Part shown: one piece after another, positions 60,558 through 64,000 of the stretch
Position numbering within the stretch: the stretch's first letter is position 1
Layout of the letters: each line of letters begins with the position of its first letter
Origin: Candidatus Marinacidobacterales bacterium
GTDB lineage: Bacteria > Acidobacteriota > Vicinamibacteria > Marinacidobacterales > SMYC01
Reading direction: 5' to 3'
Assembly: GCA_965224085.1 (NCBI GenBank)
Contig: CBDCYI010000009.1
Location: 576,001-640,000 of the forward strand
Length of the DNA stretch: 64,000 nucleotides
Position numbers and translations under genes: made by a program
Notes under the pieces: model-generated
The model's database searches: none
What the model was told of the DNA's origin: nothing
The model's input: only the letters and a program-made list of their open reading frames with translations

Positions 60558-61642
60558 GCCTTGGTGCACAACTCGCGATTTCGGTCCACAATTGTCCTTT
60601 ACTCACGGATTCGAGGTTCCCCATGAGCATTTTCAAACGCACTCAGCGGAAGTATGTGAAGAAGGCCTATCGCGTGAGGAATTGGCGTGAATATGAGGCG
60701 GGTCTACGCAATCGCGGGAGCCTGACCGTCTGGATCTCGCTCACCGCCGGCAAGCTTGTGAACTGGGACGCGCCCCGGCCGAGGAGGAGGAAACCGGGCC
60801 GTCAACGCAAGTACTCGAACCACGCCATCGAGACGGCTGTCACCCTGGGCATGGTGTTTCATCTGTCATCTAGGCAGAGCGAGGGATTGCTGCGGTCGTT
60901 GTTCGCTCTGATGAAGCTAGACAATGATGTGCCCGATCACACCACGATCTCGAGGCGCAAGGCGAAGCTGGATAAGGTCCCCTTCTACCAAGACAAGCAG
61001 AAGACGCCGTTGCACATCTTGATCGACAGCAGCGGTCTCGCTGTCCACGCCGGCCAGCTGCGCAGAGCACCAAATAGCAGGGACTATCGCAAGCTCCATC
61101 TGTGTGTCGACGAGCAGACGGGCGAAGTCGTCGCCGGCGAGCTGACGAGCAAAAGAGCCCGCGATTCATCGCAGGTTGCATCGCTTGTCGGACAGAGCGA
61201 CAGTCCCATCTCATCGGCCAGAGCTGACACCGCATACGACGCCAGCGGCGTCTATGAGGCAATCGAGAATCACAGCGCTCATCGCTCGCCGAGGGTGCTG
61301 ATACCGCCGCGCAAGGGCGCCCAGCTCGCATCGGGGCCGGCGAGCAGCCGACAGCGCAATCGCAACATTGCAGCACAAGCTCGGCTCGGCAAACGAAAGT
61401 GGCACACAGAATCGGGCTACAGCAAACGGAGCAAAGTCGAGACAACGTTCCATCGCTACAAGGCTATCGTGGGCTCAGCGATGCGAGCGAGAGGGTTGGC
61501 GGCACAAAGAGTCGAGGCAAGGATCGGGTGCAAGATTCTCAACACGATGACGGCGCTCGGGATGCCTGATAGCGAGATGATCGGATGATGGGAGTCGGGG
61601 CCAAGCGAGCTCTCGGCCTCTATCGGAGTTGTGCACCAAGGC
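60558..61642 (+). mobile_element. IS5 family element, type B
   Basis: Same IRs as 57347-58431. Confidence 0.9.
60623..61588 (+). CDS. IS5-family transposase
   Basis: Near-identical to 57401-58366. Confidence 0.93.
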   Translation: MSIFKRTQRKYVKKAYRVRNWREYEAGLRNRGSLTVWISLTAGKLVNWDAPRPRRRKPGRQRKYSNHAIETAVTLGMVFHLSSRQSEGLLRSLFALMKLDNDVPDHTTISRRKAKLDKVPFYQDKQKTPLHILIDSSGLAVHAGQLRRAPNSRDYRKLHLCVDEQTGEVVAGELTSKRARDSSQVASLVGQSDSPISSARADTAYDASGVYEAIENHSAHRSPRVLIPPRKGAQLASGPASSRQRNRNIAAQARLGKRKWHTESGYSKRSKVETTFHRYKAIVGSAMRARGLAAQRVEARIGCKILNTMTALGMPDSEMIG

Positions 61643-62854
61643 AGAGTCGTTCCGGTTCTTGGGTCAAACGGACGCGTGGGTTTTCATAATGCAGCGAACA
61701 CAAAGGCTCCTTGCATCGTGATCGGACGAAAGGGATCGTTCGGGAAGGTAAACTATTCTGAACGCCCTGTGTTTGCAATCGATACAACTTTCTTTGTGGA
61801 TAACCGTTTTTCATCAGCTCATATTCGGTGGCTTTTTTTCCTCTTTGGTTGGCTTCGTCTGGATGAGGTAACGAGAGACTCAGCGGTACCTGGTCTCGAC
61901 CGGGAGGATGCTTACCAGAAGCTCATAGTAGTGCCTCCTTTTTCAGAGCAAGCCGCCATCGTCCGCTACCTCGACCATGCGGATCGTCGCATCCAGCGCT
62001 ACATCCGCGCCAAGCAGAAGCTGATCACGCTGCTGGAGGAGCAGAAGCAGGCCATCATCCAGCGCGCCGTGACGCGCGGCCTCGACCCCAACGTCCGCCT
62101 CAAGCCCTCCGGCGTGGAGTGGCTGGGGAAAGTGCCGACGCATTGGGAAAGGCGAAGACTGAAGATTCTTCTCCGACCGGTTGACCGACGATCTGCCACT
62201 GGAGCGGAGACACTCCTGTCGTTGCGACGAGACCACGGAATCGTTATTTACGCTGAGCACTTCGCCAGACCTTCACAGAGCAGGTCCTTGGTGGGGTTTA
62301 AGCTCGTTGCCGTGGGTCAGCTAGTCGTCAACCGTCTCCAGGCTAACAATGGGTTGGTCTTTTGCTCGGGTATTAACGGGCTCGTGAGCCCTGACTACTC
62401 TGTGTTCGAGATGAGAAAACCACTCCAGATGCAGTACCTGAGCGATCTTCTTAGAACTTCTCGCTATCGTTCGCACTTCCGGCGAGAGTCCACAGGGCTC
62501 GGTACTGGGACCGCAGGTTTTCTACGACTTTATGACGACAAATTTCTTGAGACGGAAGTGTTCTTGCCGCCAGTACAGGAGCAGATTCTGATATCCAACT
62601 CACTCGCAAACGATATTGCCAAAGTCAAGCGTCTGATGGAACAACAGCAGCGGCAGCTACAGTTCTTTAATGAGTTCCGAACTCGGCTGATTACCGATGT
62701 CGTTACCGGCAAGCTCGATGTGCGGGAGGCGGCCTCCCGGCTGCCGGACGAGGTCGAGGAACCGGAGCCGCTAGACGAGACCGACGCCCTCACCGACGGC
62801 GAGGAAGAGCCCACCGACGATCGCGACGCCGCCCCCGAAGAGGCCGCGGTGTGA
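61643..62854 (+). pseudogene. hsdS: Type I RM specificity subunit, N-terminally truncated by IS5
   Basis: IGRKGSFG, PPFSEQAAIVRYLD, KPSGVEWLGKVPTHWE, RLITDVVTGKLDVR motifs. Confidence 0.9.
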
Positions 62855-64000
62855 CGACCGACACCAGTGAACGCGGCCTCGAACGGCTGATCTGCACCGC
62901 CCTGACCGGTAGTTCCTGCGATGCCGCGTTGGCGCAGGCAGGCTTGGAAGACGAAGCCGCCACCCCCTCGGACGGGGTCGGCTGGATCTGCGGCGCCCCC
63001 AACGACTACGACCGCGAGTACACGGTCGATCTGGCGCAGCTCCTCGCGTTCCTGGTCGAAACGCAACCGGATGCGTTCGAGGGGCTGCGTCTCGAAGACG
63101 ATGGCCCAGCACGCCGGAAGTTCCTGGCCCGCCTCCAAGGTGAGGTCCGCAAGCGCGGCATCATCGACGTACTCCGCAAAGGGGTCAAGGACGGGCCGCA
63201 TCACGTCGAGCTCTTCTACGGCACGCCGTCTTCCGGCAACCCACTCGCCGCTGAACGCTACGCCCAGAACCGCTTCTCGGTCAGGCGCCAGCTCCGCTAC
63301 AGCCGCGACGAGACCCAGCGGGCGCTCGATCTCGGGCTGTTCATCAACGGCCTGCCGGTTGCCACGTTCGAGCTGAAGAACAGTCTCACCAAGCAGACGG
63401 TCGAGGACGCCGTGGAGCAGTACAAGCGTGACCGCGACCCGCGCGAGAAGCTCTTCGAGTTCGGCCGCTGCGTGGCGCACTTCGCGGTGGACGACCGCGC
63501 GGTGCAATTCTGCACGCACCTCAATGGAAAGGGCTCGTGGTTCCTGCCCTTCGACCAGGGCTGGAACGACGGCGCCGGCAACCCGCCGAATCCGAACGGT
63601 CTCAAGACCGACTACCTGTGGAAGCGGATTCTCACCCGCGACGGGCTGACCGACATCCTGGAGAACTACGCGCAGGTCGTCGAAACCAAGGATGAGAAGA
63701 CGGGCAAGAAGAAGAGGAAGGTGCAGATCTGGCCGCGCTACCACCAACTCGATGTGGTGCGACGGCTGCTGGCTGACACGCGCCGACACGGCGCAGGGAA
63801 GCGGTATCTCATCCAGCACTCGGCCGGCAGCGGGAAGTCGAACTCCATCGCCTGGCTCGCCCACCAGTTGATCGGGCTCAGGAAGGACGCCGCCGGGGTG
63901 TTCGACTCCATCATCGTGGTCACGGACAGACGCATTCTCGACCAGCAGATCTGCGCCACGATCAAACAGTTCGCCCAGGTCGGGGCCACCGTCGGCCATG
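62851..64000 (+). CDS. hsdR: Type I RM restriction subunit, runs off the window
   Basis: GTG overlapping the hsdS stop; MTTDTSERGLE, DLGLFINGLPVATFELKN, PRYHQLD, YLIQHSAGSGKSNSIAWLAHQL. Absent from the ORF track because it has no stop in the window. Confidence 0.93.
   Translation, partial: MTTDTSERGLERLICTALTGSSCDAALAQAGLEDEAATPSDGVGWICGAPNDYDREYTVDLAQLLAFLVETQPDAFEGLRLEDDGPARRKFLARLQGEVRKRGIIDVLRKGVKDGPHHVELFYGTPSSGNPLAAERYAQNRFSVRRQLRYSRDETQRALDLGLFINGLPVATFELKNSLTKQTVEDAVEQYKRDRDPREKLFEFGRCVAHFAVDDRAVQFCTHLNGKGSWFLPFDQGWNDGAGNPPNPNGLKTDYLWKRILTRDGLTDILENYAQVVETKDEKTGKKKRKVQIWPRYHQLDVVRRLLADTRRHGAGKRYLIQHSAGSGKSNSIAWLAHQLIGLRKDAAGVFDSIIVVTDRRILDQQICATIKQFAQVGATVGH

Noticed and set aside
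62530-63999. 489-aa minus-strand ORF (and similar long shadows such as 9569-11410 and 22277-23548)
   Set aside because: Antisense or off-frame shadows of recognisable genes in high-GC DNA.

Overview
GC-rich bacterial window, probably from an Acidobacteriota/Myxococcota-like, possibly host-associated organism (inferred from gene content only). A mostly intact core (about 9.9-47.3 kb) carries an Na+/solute symporter, modBC with a regulator, and a complete quinohemoprotein amine dehydrogenase cluster (qhpG-A-D-C-B-F-E). The core also holds a GMC oxidoreductase pair, LtrA, an S9 peptidase, signalling proteins and a GldAFG-like ABC system. Both flanks (1-9.9 kb, 47.5-64 kb) are heavily eroded: nested IS6, IS110, IS5, ISL3/IS256 and rve-integrase remnants, group II intron 3' ends, vapBC and type I RM genes. 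The most notable observation is an IS110 element inserted at an AG core inside an IS6 terminal inverted repeat. Its 5' non-coding region has a bridge-RNA-like two-loop layout with matches to target and donor, and a 66-bp non-autonomous derivative sits at the same position of another IS6 IR and shows compensatory base changes. A second candidate is a secreted CbiX-type chelatase fused to a TonB-dependent haem-type receptor, downstream of a putative Fur box and truncated by IS5. All assignments come from reading motifs by eye; no database searches were run.
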